DNA of 64,000 nucleotides from Bacteroidota bacterium (GCA_046052065.1 JBJOND010000004.1:5007-69006); one strand, 5' to 3'. Positions 19,025 through 28,203 are shown, counted from the stretch's first letter. Translations and numbers: made by a program. The notes: a model not told the origin generated them from the letters alone.

Positions 19025-20101
19025 CTACTCCACCCTAACACGCGGATCTAAAAAAGCATAGAGTAAATCGACCATCCAATTTATCAAAACAAAGAAAACA
19101 GAAACCATAATTACGGCTCCCATTACTACAGGAAAATCATAGTGTTCTAATGCATCAACAGTCACTTTGCCTACCCCCTTCCAGCCGAAAATATATTCAA
19201 TAAAAACTGCACCTGCGAGCAACGATCCGAACCATCCGGAGATAGCAGTAATAACGGGATTCAATGCATTGCGTAAAGCATGTTTATATAAAACAGTTTG
19301 GTAGGACAATCCCTTTGCTTTAGCAGTTCGTACATAGTCTGTACTAATTGCATCTAGCATTGAACTTCTTGTAAGCTGAACAATAACTGCAAGCGGACGA
19401 ATTCCTAACGTAAGTGCAGGTAAGATGATGTTTTTCAGATTTAAAATCTCTCCACTAAAAGGATCGATTTCATACATGCTTCCTGTCATACTTAATCCTG
19501 TCCAATCACTCAATACAAATCCAAAAAACCACGCAATTAATATCCCTGCAAAAAATGAGGGCACTGACATTCCAAGAATGCTAATCATTAAATTTAAATA
19601 GTCTGGCCATTGCTGGTATCGAGTTGCTGACCAAACTCCTAAAATAATTCCAATGCAGGCAGCTAAAAACAATGCTACAACAGATAACACAATAGTTCCT
19701 GGCAATGCATCCATCAAGATTACACTAACAAGTTCCTGCGATTGATAAGAACGATTCAGATAAGGCTTTTTTAGGATTAAGGATTTTTGTCCTAATGGCA
19801 ATACTTTTACAAACTCACCATACTTCTCTAGGCTGGCATATACCCTACTTGTGGAATCATTTAAGTTATTAAGTGAAACGGGAGAAATATCATTCAAGTA
19901 AAGCAAGTATCGCTTGGATACAGGTAAATCTAAACCCAATTGTTTATTAATTGCTTCGAGTGAAGCGACATCCGAACGTTGACCTAACATCAAACGACCT
20001 GGATCTGCAGGGAGAATATTAAACAAAAAGAAAACTACGGTTACTACTCCGAATATTATCAGGAGGCCACTCGTAGTTCTCTTTAGAATTAATTTAATCA
20101 C
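19025..20101 (-). CDS. ABC transporter permease, DppB/OppB-like (binding-protein-dependent family)
   Basis: 358 aa and multi-TM, with the EAA-loop region DYVRTAKAKGLSYQTVLYKHALRNAL. No partner permease, ATPase or binding protein is adjacent. Confidence 0.8.
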   Translation of the reverse strand: MIKLILKRTTSGLLIIFGVVTVVFFLFNILPADPGRLMLGQRSDVASLEAINKQLGLDLPVSKRYLLYLNDISPVSLNNLNDSTSRVYASLEKYGEFVKVLPLGQKSLILKKPYLNRSYQSQELVSVILMDALPGTIVLSVVALFLAACIGIILGVWSATRYQQWPDYLNLMISILGMSVPSFFAGILIAWFFGFVLSDWTGLSMTGSMYEIDPFSGEILNLKNIILPALTLGIRPLAVIVQLTRSSMLDAISTDYVRTAKAKGLSYQTVLYKHALRNALNPVITAISGWFGSLLAGAVFIEYIFGWKGVGKVTVDALEHYDFPVVMGAVIMVSVFFVLINWMVDLLYAFLDPRVRVE

Positions 20102-20107
20102 GAAGTG

Positions 20108-21190
20108 CTATTTCTTATTTAACACTTGAAGTAATTCTTTCTCCTTAAATTCTTTTTCAGCCGTCCCAACCCAGTTCTTCACAATATTTCCATTCCACAT
20201 ATAGAATACACCTGGCGTAGAACCTCCATCACCTAACACTGTCCAAAAAGTTGGAATGTCTAATACACGATAAGGCAACTGCGCACCTGCATATTGGAAA
20301 AACTCAGGAATTTTAAATGTTTCTTCATCCATGAAGAAGATATACACTTTAGGAAATCCAGGATTCTTAGACAACTTAACTAAAGTCTTAGCTGCATTCT
20401 GACAATGATCGCATCCAGCAGCAAAGAAGCAAACGATTTTCTTTCCATTGTCGATGTTAACTTTTTTATCGCCAAAAACAGCATAATCGCTAAAACGTGA
20501 CTTTACCTTTGCAGGACCTGCATCCACTACCACAGAATCTTTTTTAGTTGTATCGATTACTGTTTTACCTGTATCATTTGGCAAAGCACCTAACACATCT
20601 TTTCCTGTTTCAGTAATTGAAGATGCGTCATCCATTGCTTCTTCTACTTCCACTTGTGGCAACGGATTAGTTGTTGCTTTTGCGCAAGGACAAAAGGGAA
20701 ATACTACATACATTAATAACGTTGAAAACAACCAAATTATAAGCAAAACACTAAAGCGATTTTTTGATTTATTATCTTCTGAAGTGTTTTTATAAACGAA
20801 CATTAATAAAATAATTGTCACCACATTTTTAATGAATGCTTCTAACGGTGTCATAGGCAATAACTGCCCAAAACAACCACAGTTCCCATTCATTGCACCA
20901 TGCCTAACCATTTCGATGATAAGGTGGGCACAAAACGCAACCAACAATCCGATGGTAGCAGGAATAACAATACGCTTTAAATAATGCGGCTGAATAATCA
21001 TGATTCCTAAGGCAAGTTCTAAAGCGATTAAAGCTCTCGAAAAATAAGGTGCCATGCACCACGACATCAATCCAAGGTCTACTAATTGCTTTTCAAATGC
21101 CCAGATAGGAAACATCTTCGCAACAGCAGAAAAAACAAATAATACAAAAATTAAAAATCGAATTCCAAGAGAAATGTTTTGCTTATTCAT
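20108..21190 (-). CDS. Fusion of MauE/DoxX-like membrane domain with a thioredoxin-fold CxxC domain
   Basis: 360 aa. The N-terminal half has about 5 TM helices with the motifs NGNCGCFG and FPFCPCAKA. The C-terminal soluble half has FFAAGCDHCQNAAKTL (CxxC) and a cis-Pro-like GSTPGVFYMWNG. Confidence 0.7.
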   Translation of the reverse strand: MNKQNISLGIRFLIFVLFVFSAVAKMFPIWAFEKQLVDLGLMSWCMAPYFSRALIALELALGIMIIQPHYLKRIVIPATIGLLVAFCAHLIIEMVRHGAMNGNCGCFGQLLPMTPLEAFIKNVVTIILLMFVYKNTSEDNKSKNRFSVLLIIWLFSTLLMYVVFPFCPCAKATTNPLPQVEVEEAMDDASSITETGKDVLGALPNDTGKTVIDTTKKDSVVVDAGPAKVKSRFSDYAVFGDKKVNIDNGKKIVCFFAAGCDHCQNAAKTLVKLSKNPGFPKVYIFFMDEETFKIPEFFQYAGAQLPYRVLDIPTFWTVLGDGGSTPGVFYMWNGNIVKNWVGTAEKEFKEKELLQVLNKK

Positions 21191-21207
21191 AAGTATAAAA
21201 TTTTAGC

Positions 21208-21753
21208 TTATTTTGATTCATCCAGTTTAATCAATGCAAAAACGGCGTAGTTAATTATATCCTGATAGTTGGCATCAACACCTTCACTCATTAATGTTGC
21301 ACCGTGATTATCCTCTATTTGCTTAATACGCTTTAATTTCATCAGAATTAAATCAGTCATAGAACTTACACGCATTTCTCTCCAAGCCTCACCATAATCG
21401 TGATTCTTATTCAACATTAAGTCCTTTACTTCAGTAATTTTGGAATCGTACAAACCAACAGCTTTCTGATATTCTAGTTCTGTTGTATCATCAGTACCAA
21501 GCTCAATTTGAATTAAAGCCATTAACGAATAATTAATAATTCCGATAAACTCACTATCAACACCCTCCATTACTTTTTGTTCTCCTTTCTGCTCGATGCT
21601 TCGGATTCTGTTGGCTTTGATTTGAATCTGATCCGTTAATGAAGTAGGGCGCAAAATTCTCCAGGCACTTCCATAGTCCTTCATTTTAGCAATATAAATA
21701 TCTTTACAGCGAGAAATAGCTTTGTCGTATTGCAGGGATGTTAATTCAGACAT
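21208..21753 (-). CDS. DUF1599-like protein made of two tandem homologous halves
   Basis: 181 aa. The internal duplication is visible: DYGSAWRILRPTSLTDQIQIKANRIRSIE...EGVDSEFIGIINYSLMALIQ versus DYGEAWREMRVSSMTDLILMKLKRIKQIE...EGVDANYQDIINYAVFALIK. The family name is by recall. Confidence 0.7.
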   Translation of the reverse strand: MSELTSLQYDKAISRCKDIYIAKMKDYGSAWRILRPTSLTDQIQIKANRIRSIEQKGEQKVMEGVDSEFIGIINYSLMALIQIELGTDDTTELEYQKAVGLYDSKITEVKDLMLNKNHDYGEAWREMRVSSMTDLILMKLKRIKQIEDNHGATLMSEGVDANYQDIINYAVFALIKLDESK

Positions 21754-21804
21754 AATTCTTTAATTCTATACAAATATCAATAATCAGTAGTTAATACAAA
21801 TCAC

Positions 21805-22656
21805 ATGAAGGGGAATCTTGCTAACAGCATTAATTGTGGAAACAAACTTATCAGTTTAGAGCATCCAATAGCGATGGGCATTCTGAATACTACTCCCGAC
21901 TCCTTCTATGACGGTGGCAAATTTAATGAAGAATTGGCCTTTATCAAACGGTTTGAGCAAATGTTAGATGAAGGTGCAATGATTATTGATATAGGTGGTG
22001 CATCATCACGGCCAGGGGCAGCAACTCTTACTACTGATGAAGAAATATCGCGAACAGTACCCTTTATCAAGAGTGCGATTAAACAATTTCCAGATGCTGT
22101 TATATCAATCGATACTTACAATTCTACTGTAGCTAAAGAAGCTGTCTATGCAGGTGCAAGTATTATAAATGATATATCTGGGGGAACACTCGATGATAAA
22201 ATGTTTGATACGGTTGCTGAATTAAAAGTTCCTTATATTCTGATGCATATGAAAGGAAGTCCTGAAAACATGAAAGACCTAGTGACCTACGACAATCTGA
22301 CGCTCGAAATATATCAATATTTTCAAAGTAAAATAATTGCATTGCAAAATCTTGGAGTTAAGGATATCATTCTCGATCCCGGATTTGGATTCGCTAAGAA
22401 TATTGAGCAGAATTTTATACTTTTAAAAAACTTAAACATTTTCAAAAATCTTCGTTTACCTATACTAGCTGGACTATCCAGAAAATCGATGATTTATAAA
22501 TCGCTTGGCATCACAGCAGCAGAATCATTAAACGGTACAACCGCATTAAACATGATTAGCTTAATGAATGGAGCCAACATCTTAAGAGTGCATGATGTAA
22601 AAGAAGCAGTTCAAACAATTCAATTGTATAAACGATATAATGGCCTTACTAACTAA
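21805..22656 (+). CDS. folP: Dihydropteroate synthase
   Basis: 283 aa. Pterin-binding motifs GILNTTPDSFYDGG, IIDIGGASSRPG, LDPGFGFAK and LRVHDV. Confidence 0.95.
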   Translation: MKGNLANSINCGNKLISLEHPIAMGILNTTPDSFYDGGKFNEELAFIKRFEQMLDEGAMIIDIGGASSRPGAATLTTDEEISRTVPFIKSAIKQFPDAVISIDTYNSTVAKEAVYAGASIINDISGGTLDDKMFDTVAELKVPYILMHMKGSPENMKDLVTYDNLTLEIYQYFQSKIIALQNLGVKDIILDPGFGFAKNIEQNFILLKNLNIFKNLRLPILAGLSRKSMIYKSLGITAAESLNGTTALNMISLMNGANILRVHDVKEAVQTIQLYKRYNGLTN

Positions 22657-23350
22657 ATCAACTTTTTTGAAAGGGCATCAATGTCATAAGTATATTTACC
22701 TCGACAAGTATTACAAAAAAGAAAAAGACCCTCTTTCAGAGGAGCAACGAAAAAAATTTGAAGGTGGACATCTTGTTGGTTCGATGGCTCAACAGCTTTT
22801 TGTTGGAGGGCTTGATGTCAGTTTGATTTCTAGAAGTCGTGATGTGCTTTTAGAAGAAACGAAAAAACTAATTGAACAAGGACATACAATACTCTATGAA
22901 GCAACATTTGAGTATAACAATGTTCTTGTTATGGCTGATATTATTTTGAAAGATGGTGATGAATGGAAGATTTACGAAATCAAATCAAGTCAGAAAATTT
23001 CAGACACCAATCGTATTGACGCAGCACTGCAATACTATGTGATAAAGGGAAGCGGACTACCTATTAAAGAGTTTCATTTATCCTGCTTGAATTACCCAAG
23101 AACTGAAGTAATTGAAATGAAAATGGAAGATGTACCTACAGATTTATTTCAGTTTGAAGATGTGACAACTTTTTGCAAAGAGCAGTTAATAAGTACAGAA
23201 GAAAAAATAAAGGAGCTAAAAACAACGTTAGCTTTTCCAAGTATTCCAAACATCACGACTGGCGAACATTGTAATTATCCATACACTTGCGAATTCAAAG
23301 GATTTTGCAACAAACCACAAGAAGAAATTAACGAAGGATTGTTTTCATGA
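22640..23350 (+). CDS. PD-(D/E)XK nuclease with Cas4/AddB-like Cys cluster (short DUF2779-like)
   Basis: 236 aa. It has an N-terminal Cys (GHQCHKY) and a nuclease core (LVMADIIL ... WKIYEIKSSQK; D...ExK). The C-terminus has CNYPYTCEFKGFC. It overlaps folP by 17 nt and the next gene by 4 nt. Confidence 0.6.
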   Translation: MALLTKSTFLKGHQCHKYIYLDKYYKKEKDPLSEEQRKKFEGGHLVGSMAQQLFVGGLDVSLISRSRDVLLEETKKLIEQGHTILYEATFEYNNVLVMADIILKDGDEWKIYEIKSSQKISDTNRIDAALQYYVIKGSGLPIKEFHLSCLNYPRTEVIEMKMEDVPTDLFQFEDVTTFCKEQLISTEEKIKELKTTLAFPSIPNITTGEHCNYPYTCEFKGFCNKPQEEINEGLFS

Positions 23351-25197
23351 ACAGATTAACGATTAAAAATATTTTCAACTCCTATCCTGTTCGACTAATT
23401 CTGTTCCTCGAACTGACATTTATTTTATTTCGATTATTGTTTGTGGCACTTGTCTTTCTGAAAGATAAATCAATCGATATAATTGAATTTCCTTACTTAT
23501 TTATTTATGCACTGCGCCTTGATATAGCAGCCATCAGTTATATAGCGGCATTACCTATTTTAATCTGGATTATTTATCAATACTCCAATTCATCATTTCT
23601 TCAAAAAATAAAAAACGCAATTATTGTTTTGGTTTTACCTATCGTAGCAATCATTTTGTTTTCAAATCTGATTATTTATTTTGCATGGGGCACCATCATC
23701 AATGCACGAGCACTATCTTTTCTGAGTAGCCCTAAAGAAGCAATAGCCTCTCTCAACAGTTTGCAGCTAATTCTTTTTATAGTATTAGTAGCAGGATTAA
23801 GCATTGGAATTATTTCTATTTATAAAAGAAAAATCAAAGCAAACTTTGAACAATCACTGCATTATAAAAAGCATTTAATTCTATTATGGTTAGTTGTATT
23901 GCCTATTAGTATTCGAGGCGGTTTTCAACAAATACCTATCAACGAAAGCGTTTGTATGTTTTCGAAAAATGAGAATACCAACCTGGCAACAGTCAATCCG
24001 TTTTGGTATTTGATTAACAGTATTTACAAATCGCAAAACATCAATAGCAATGCCTATCATTTTATCGATGATAATGAAGCAAAAAAAAATACTTGGCAAT
24101 TATACTCAATACCAAATGAAAGTATAATTCAAATAATATCGATTAAAAAACCCAATATTGTTACCATCATTTTAGAAAGCTGGACAGCTGATGTTATTGA
24201 ATCGATGGGAGGAGAAAAAGGAACGACTCCATTTTTTAATTCTTTAGAAAAAGAAGGTTTGTTATTTGACAATATTTATGCAGCAGGTAAACGTACTGAC
24301 TTAATGTTTCCTTCTTTATTTTCAGGATTTCCAGCAATGCCTAATTTGAGTGTAATTAAATATTCTGATAAGTCCGCACACCTTCCTTTTATAACACATA
24401 CGATAAAAAACAAAGGTTACCAAACCTCCTTCAACTATGGTGGCGAAGTTGAATTTGCGAATATGAAATCGTATTTAACGCAAGCAAAGTTTGATGTAAT
24501 ACAAGGCAAAGAATCATTTCCAATAGAACAATGGACAAGCAAGTGGGGAGTTTACGATGAAGTGTTATTTGAAAAATCGATTGCTACCATCAACTCACTT
24601 TCGCCTCCGTTTTATTCAGCTATCTTAACTCAAAGTACACACGAGCCATTTGCAATTCCTATTCGACCAAAATTTGAAGGCAATAGTGAATCTGTTAAAT
24701 TTAAAAATGCAGCTTATTATACCGATTATTGTTTGAAGAAATTCTTCGAAAAAGTAAAAAATGAAAAATGGTACAACAACACTATTTTTATTTTAGTGGC
24801 TGACCACGGACATATACTTCCACGTAACAACGATTATAGTTCGCCTGCAGCATTCAGAATTCCATTTTTAATTGTTGGGCCAGGATTAAATGCTACATTT
24901 AAAAACAAAAGAATTAGCAATATTGGCAATCAGCAGGATTACGCTGCAACGATTAAGAGCATTTTAAGTCTCGATATTGACTTGCCTTTCAGTAACAACT
25001 TGCTTAATCTTAGAAGAAACGATTTCTGTTACATGAATTACGATGATGGATTTGTATGGAAGAATAACCAGGCAACCTTCAAACTGAATTATAGCAATAA
25101 ATCGGTAACGATAATAGATGGTCAGCCCGATAGCACGAGCGTTTTACAAGGGAAATCATTTATTCAAACAGCATATCAATATTTTGTGAATCTTTAA
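23347..25197 (+). CDS. LTA-synthase/sulfatase-family membrane phosphotransferase
   Basis: 616 aa. An N-terminal region of about 5 TM helices is followed by an alkaline-phosphatase-superfamily domain (VTIILESWTADV, ILVADHGH). Confidence 0.75.
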   Translation: MNRLTIKNIFNSYPVRLILFLELTFILFRLLFVALVFLKDKSIDIIEFPYLFIYALRLDIAAISYIAALPILIWIIYQYSNSSFLQKIKNAIIVLVLPIVAIILFSNLIIYFAWGTIINARALSFLSSPKEAIASLNSLQLILFIVLVAGLSIGIISIYKRKIKANFEQSLHYKKHLILLWLVVLPISIRGGFQQIPINESVCMFSKNENTNLATVNPFWYLINSIYKSQNINSNAYHFIDDNEAKKNTWQLYSIPNESIIQIISIKKPNIVTIILESWTADVIESMGGEKGTTPFFNSLEKEGLLFDNIYAAGKRTDLMFPSLFSGFPAMPNLSVIKYSDKSAHLPFITHTIKNKGYQTSFNYGGEVEFANMKSYLTQAKFDVIQGKESFPIEQWTSKWGVYDEVLFEKSIATINSLSPPFYSAILTQSTHEPFAIPIRPKFEGNSESVKFKNAAYYTDYCLKKFFEKVKNEKWYNNTIFILVADHGHILPRNNDYSSPAAFRIPFLIVGPGLNATFKNKRISNIGNQQDYAATIKSILSLDIDLPFSNNLLNLRRNDFCYMNYDDGFVWKNNQATFKLNYSNKSVTIIDGQPDSTSVLQGKSFIQTAYQYFVNL

Positions 25198-25219
25198 CCA
25201 AAATAAATATCTTTGAAGT

Positions 25220-25717
25220 ATGAATTTTAAAGAGCGATTACAAAAAGTAAAGTGTTTTGTTTTTGATATTGATGGCGTCTTAACAGATGGTCAATTACAC
25301 ATTTTACAAGATGGCACTATGCTTCGCAATATGAATATTAAAGATGGCTATGCTCTGCGACAAGCATTTTTAAAGAACTATCCCATTTTTGTTATTAGTG
25401 GTAGCAACGCAGAAGGTGTTAAACAACGTTTGAAGAATTTAGGAATAGAAGAAGTATATTTAAACTGCAAAGACAAGTTAGATCAGCTATCGTTGTTATT
25501 AGTTAAGCATAACCTTACTTACGAAGATGTATTATACATGGGTGATGATATTCCAGATTTAGAGGTAATGCAAAAATGTGGCGTTGCTACTTGTCCGAAT
25601 GATGCAGTTCATCAAATAAAGAATATTTCCGTTTACATATCGGATTATTGTGGTGGCAAAGGAGCTGTGAGAGACGTTATTGAACAAACACTAAGATTAC
25701 ATGGTCACTTCGAATAA
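25220..25717 (+). CDS. kdsC: 3-deoxy-D-manno-octulosonate 8-phosphate phosphatase (HAD family)
   Basis: 165 aa. HAD motif I FVFDIDGVLTDG, MGDDIPDLEV, and C-terminal GGKGAVRDVIE. Confidence 0.85.
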   Translation: MNFKERLQKVKCFVFDIDGVLTDGQLHILQDGTMLRNMNIKDGYALRQAFLKNYPIFVISGSNAEGVKQRLKNLGIEEVYLNCKDKLDQLSLLLVKHNLTYEDVLYMGDDIPDLEVMQKCGVATCPNDAVHQIKNISVYISDYCGGKGAVRDVIEQTLRLHGHFE

Positions 25718-26669
25718 TTTTACATTGATGCATTTTTTAAAATTAGTCCGATGGCCTAATTTATTAATGCTATTTATTGTTCAATACGCCCTGCGTTATT
25801 TCTATATACTTCCACGATTGGAGGCATCCGAAATGACCATTTCAGTAAATCACTTTCATTTCTTTCTTATTTCATTATCTACCGTATTGATTGCAGCAGG
25901 AGGTTATATCATTAACGATATTGAAGATGTAGCAAGTGATAGCATCAATAAAAAGGAAAAACGAATTGTTGGTGTTTACATTCATGAAAAAACAGCAAAT
26001 AATTTATATACGCTTGTTACCTTTCTAGGAGTAATCATAGGCTTCATTCTTACGATGCTATACGATATAAGATTGATTGGATTCATTAATGTATTTACTG
26101 CTGGACTACTTTATTTTTATTCAAACACTTATAAATGCGTAGCACTGTTAGGTAACATTGTAATAAGTATTTTGACGGGTATGAGCATGATTGTGCTGTT
26201 GATTATTGAACCTGCAGCATTAGCTAACAATGATATAAAGGTTTTTATAACAGGGTATGCAGTATTCGCAGCATCGTTCACGCTAATCAGAGAAATTATT
26301 AAAGATATTGAAGATATGAAGGGCGACTCTGTTGTAGGTTGCAAAACACTTCCTATTATGCTTGGCAGCACACCTACTAAGTGGATTGTGGTTGTGTTAT
26401 CAGGATTTTTATTTTGCTTGTTATTGTTTGCTCAATACTCTTGGTACGAAACAGCAAATTACCTAGCTCAAGGAAATCTCCAAAACGGATTTTATGTTGT
26501 ATTTAGTTATCTGCTCGTATTCATCACAATTCCCGTTGCTTATTTAACTTACTTATTGATTAAAGCGGACGAAAAACCATCATTCACCTATTGCTCCCAA
26601 ATGGCCAAACTAATTATGGCTGCAGGTATATTTTCCATTCTTGTATTTTATTGTTCTCAATTTATTTAA
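25701..26669 (+). CDS. UbiA-family membrane prenyltransferase (DGGGP-synthase-like)
   Basis: 322 aa with about 8-9 TM helices. There are two Asp-rich motifs: YIINDIEDVASD (NDxxDxxxD) and IKDIEDMKGD. Confidence 0.75.
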   Translation: MVTSNNFTLMHFLKLVRWPNLLMLFIVQYALRYFYILPRLEASEMTISVNHFHFFLISLSTVLIAAGGYIINDIEDVASDSINKKEKRIVGVYIHEKTANNLYTLVTFLGVIIGFILTMLYDIRLIGFINVFTAGLLYFYSNTYKCVALLGNIVISILTGMSMIVLLIIEPAALANNDIKVFITGYAVFAASFTLIREIIKDIEDMKGDSVVGCKTLPIMLGSTPTKWIVVVLSGFLFCLLLFAQYSWYETANYLAQGNLQNGFYVVFSYLLVFITIPVAYLTYLLIKADEKPSFTYCSQMAKLIMAAGIFSILVFYCSQFI

Positions 26670-26671
26670 AA

Positions 26672-27259
26672 ATGAATCCACTATCAGAAAAATTCAATGG
26701 ATTAAAAGTAATCCTAGGCTCTAATTCTCCACGCAGAAAACAATTATTCTCAGAATTGGGAATCGACTTCGAAGTAATTGTAAAAGATGTTGACGAAAAC
26801 GTTAGCATGCCAATGCGTCCCGAGGACTTAGTGATGTTTCTTGCACGAAAAAAAGGGATGGCCTTTAAAAATGAAACTAAGGAAGGCGCAATTGTAATCA
26901 CAGCAGATACTATAGTAGCACTTGGAGATAAAGTAATCGGTAAGCCATCGTCGTTAGAAGAGGCAGCCGAAATGTTAAATTTATTATCGGGTAAAAAACA
27001 TCAAGTGATAACAGGTGTTGCTATTATGTCTGATAAAAAAGCAGAATCGTTTTTTGTAAGAACAGAAGTATGCTTCAAACCACTTCGACCGGAAGAAATT
27101 GAATACTATACTCATCAATTTAAGCCTCTCGACAAAGCAGGAGCTTATGGAATTCAGGAATGGATTGGCATGATTGGAATTGAATATATTCAAGGATCTT
27201 ATTACAATGTAATGGGACTTCCAGTAAAAGAACTTTACGAGCAACTGCTGAAGTTTTAA
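26672..27259 (+). CDS. maf: Maf-like nucleoside triphosphate pyrophosphatase
   Basis: The track ORF starts at TTG 26591, inside the UbiA gene. ATG at 26672 gives MNPLSEKFNGLKVILGSNSPRRKQLFSELGI, a typical Maf N-terminus, and GAYGIQE appears later. Confidence 0.85.
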   Translation: MNPLSEKFNGLKVILGSNSPRRKQLFSELGIDFEVIVKDVDENVSMPMRPEDLVMFLARKKGMAFKNETKEGAIVITADTIVALGDKVIGKPSSLEEAAEMLNLLSGKKHQVITGVAIMSDKKAESFFVRTEVCFKPLRPEEIEYYTHQFKPLDKAGAYGIQEWIGMIGIEYIQGSYYNVMGLPVKELYEQLLKF

Positions 27260-27261
27260 GA

Positions 27262-28167
27262 ATGAGAAAGGCCTATCTGCAATTACACCTTGCTATTTTG
27301 CTTTGGGGCTTTACTGCAATACTTGGCAAATTAATTTTGCTAGATGAAGGCCTACTTGTTTGGTACAGAATGGGCATTAGTAGTATTTCTACCCTACTAT
27401 TTGTCTTGATATCCAAATCATCATTAAAAATCAGCAAACAAGAATTTATTCGTCTTGTAGGAATCAGTTTTTTAATCACCCTACATTGGATCACATTTTA
27501 CGGAGCAATTAAAGCTTCAAATGTTTCTATTGCGATAAGCTGCTTTTCTTCGATTGCATTATTCACGGCCTTAATAAATCCTATCATCAACAAAGTAAAA
27601 GTTAATAAAATCGAAATAGTATTAGGGCTTGGAGTCATTGCAGGAATAGGAATCATTTTTAGTATACATCAATTGTATTGGAAAGGGATTTTACTTTCGA
27701 TAATAAGCGCATTCTTAGGAGCATTTTTTACGGTATTAAATAAAAACGTTTCAGAAAAAATAGCCCCTGCTACAATCACCTTTTACGAGTTATTCTTCGG
27801 ATTTATACTACTAACATTTGCATTGCCATTGTGGTTCGGAATTAATCATACTGGACTTGTTATACCTTCTAATATCGATTGGATTTATTTAATCATCTTG
27901 GCTGTCCTTTGCACAACAGTTCCGTTTACCTTATCGATGCATGCGATAAAAAAGCTAGATGCATTTACAATGAATTTATCACTTAATCTCGAACCCGTTT
28001 ACAGTATCATTTTAGCAATCTTTCTTTTTCATGAGAACGAAGCTGTTGGCTATAGTTTTTATATTGGTACAGGTATAATTCTCTTAACTGTGATGTGGCA
28101 TGCCTATACAAAGTCGGCAGCTGCAATTGATAAAAAACTAGAGAAAGAAAAATACAATTACGAATAA
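27262..28167 (+). CDS. EamA/DMT-family transporter
   Basis: 301 aa with 10 predicted TM helices in two EamA-like halves. It starts 2 nt after the maf stop. Confidence 0.8.
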   Translation: MRKAYLQLHLAILLWGFTAILGKLILLDEGLLVWYRMGISSISTLLFVLISKSSLKISKQEFIRLVGISFLITLHWITFYGAIKASNVSIAISCFSSIALFTALINPIINKVKVNKIEIVLGLGVIAGIGIIFSIHQLYWKGILLSIISAFLGAFFTVLNKNVSEKIAPATITFYELFFGFILLTFALPLWFGINHTGLVIPSNIDWIYLIILAVLCTTVPFTLSMHAIKKLDAFTMNLSLNLEPVYSIILAIFLFHENEAVGYSFYIGTGIILLTVMWHAYTKSAAAIDKKLEKEKYNYE

Positions 28168-28170
28168 AAA

Positions 28171-28192
28171 AAGGGTGCTTTGCAACACCCTT
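28171..28192. terminator. Hairpin terminator between convergent genes
   Basis: Stem AAGGGTG (28171-28177) pairs with CACCCTT (28186-28192). An A-run lies upstream and T-rich sequence downstream. It sits between the stops at 28167 (+) and 28204 (-). Confidence 0.65.
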
Positions 28193-28203
28193 GATCTTAG
28201 ATT

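Noticed and set aside
22640-23350. Cas4-like nuclease as evidence for a CRISPR-Cas locus
   Set aside because: There are no CRISPR repeats or other cas genes anywhere in the 64 kb. The gene is embedded in a housekeeping operon.
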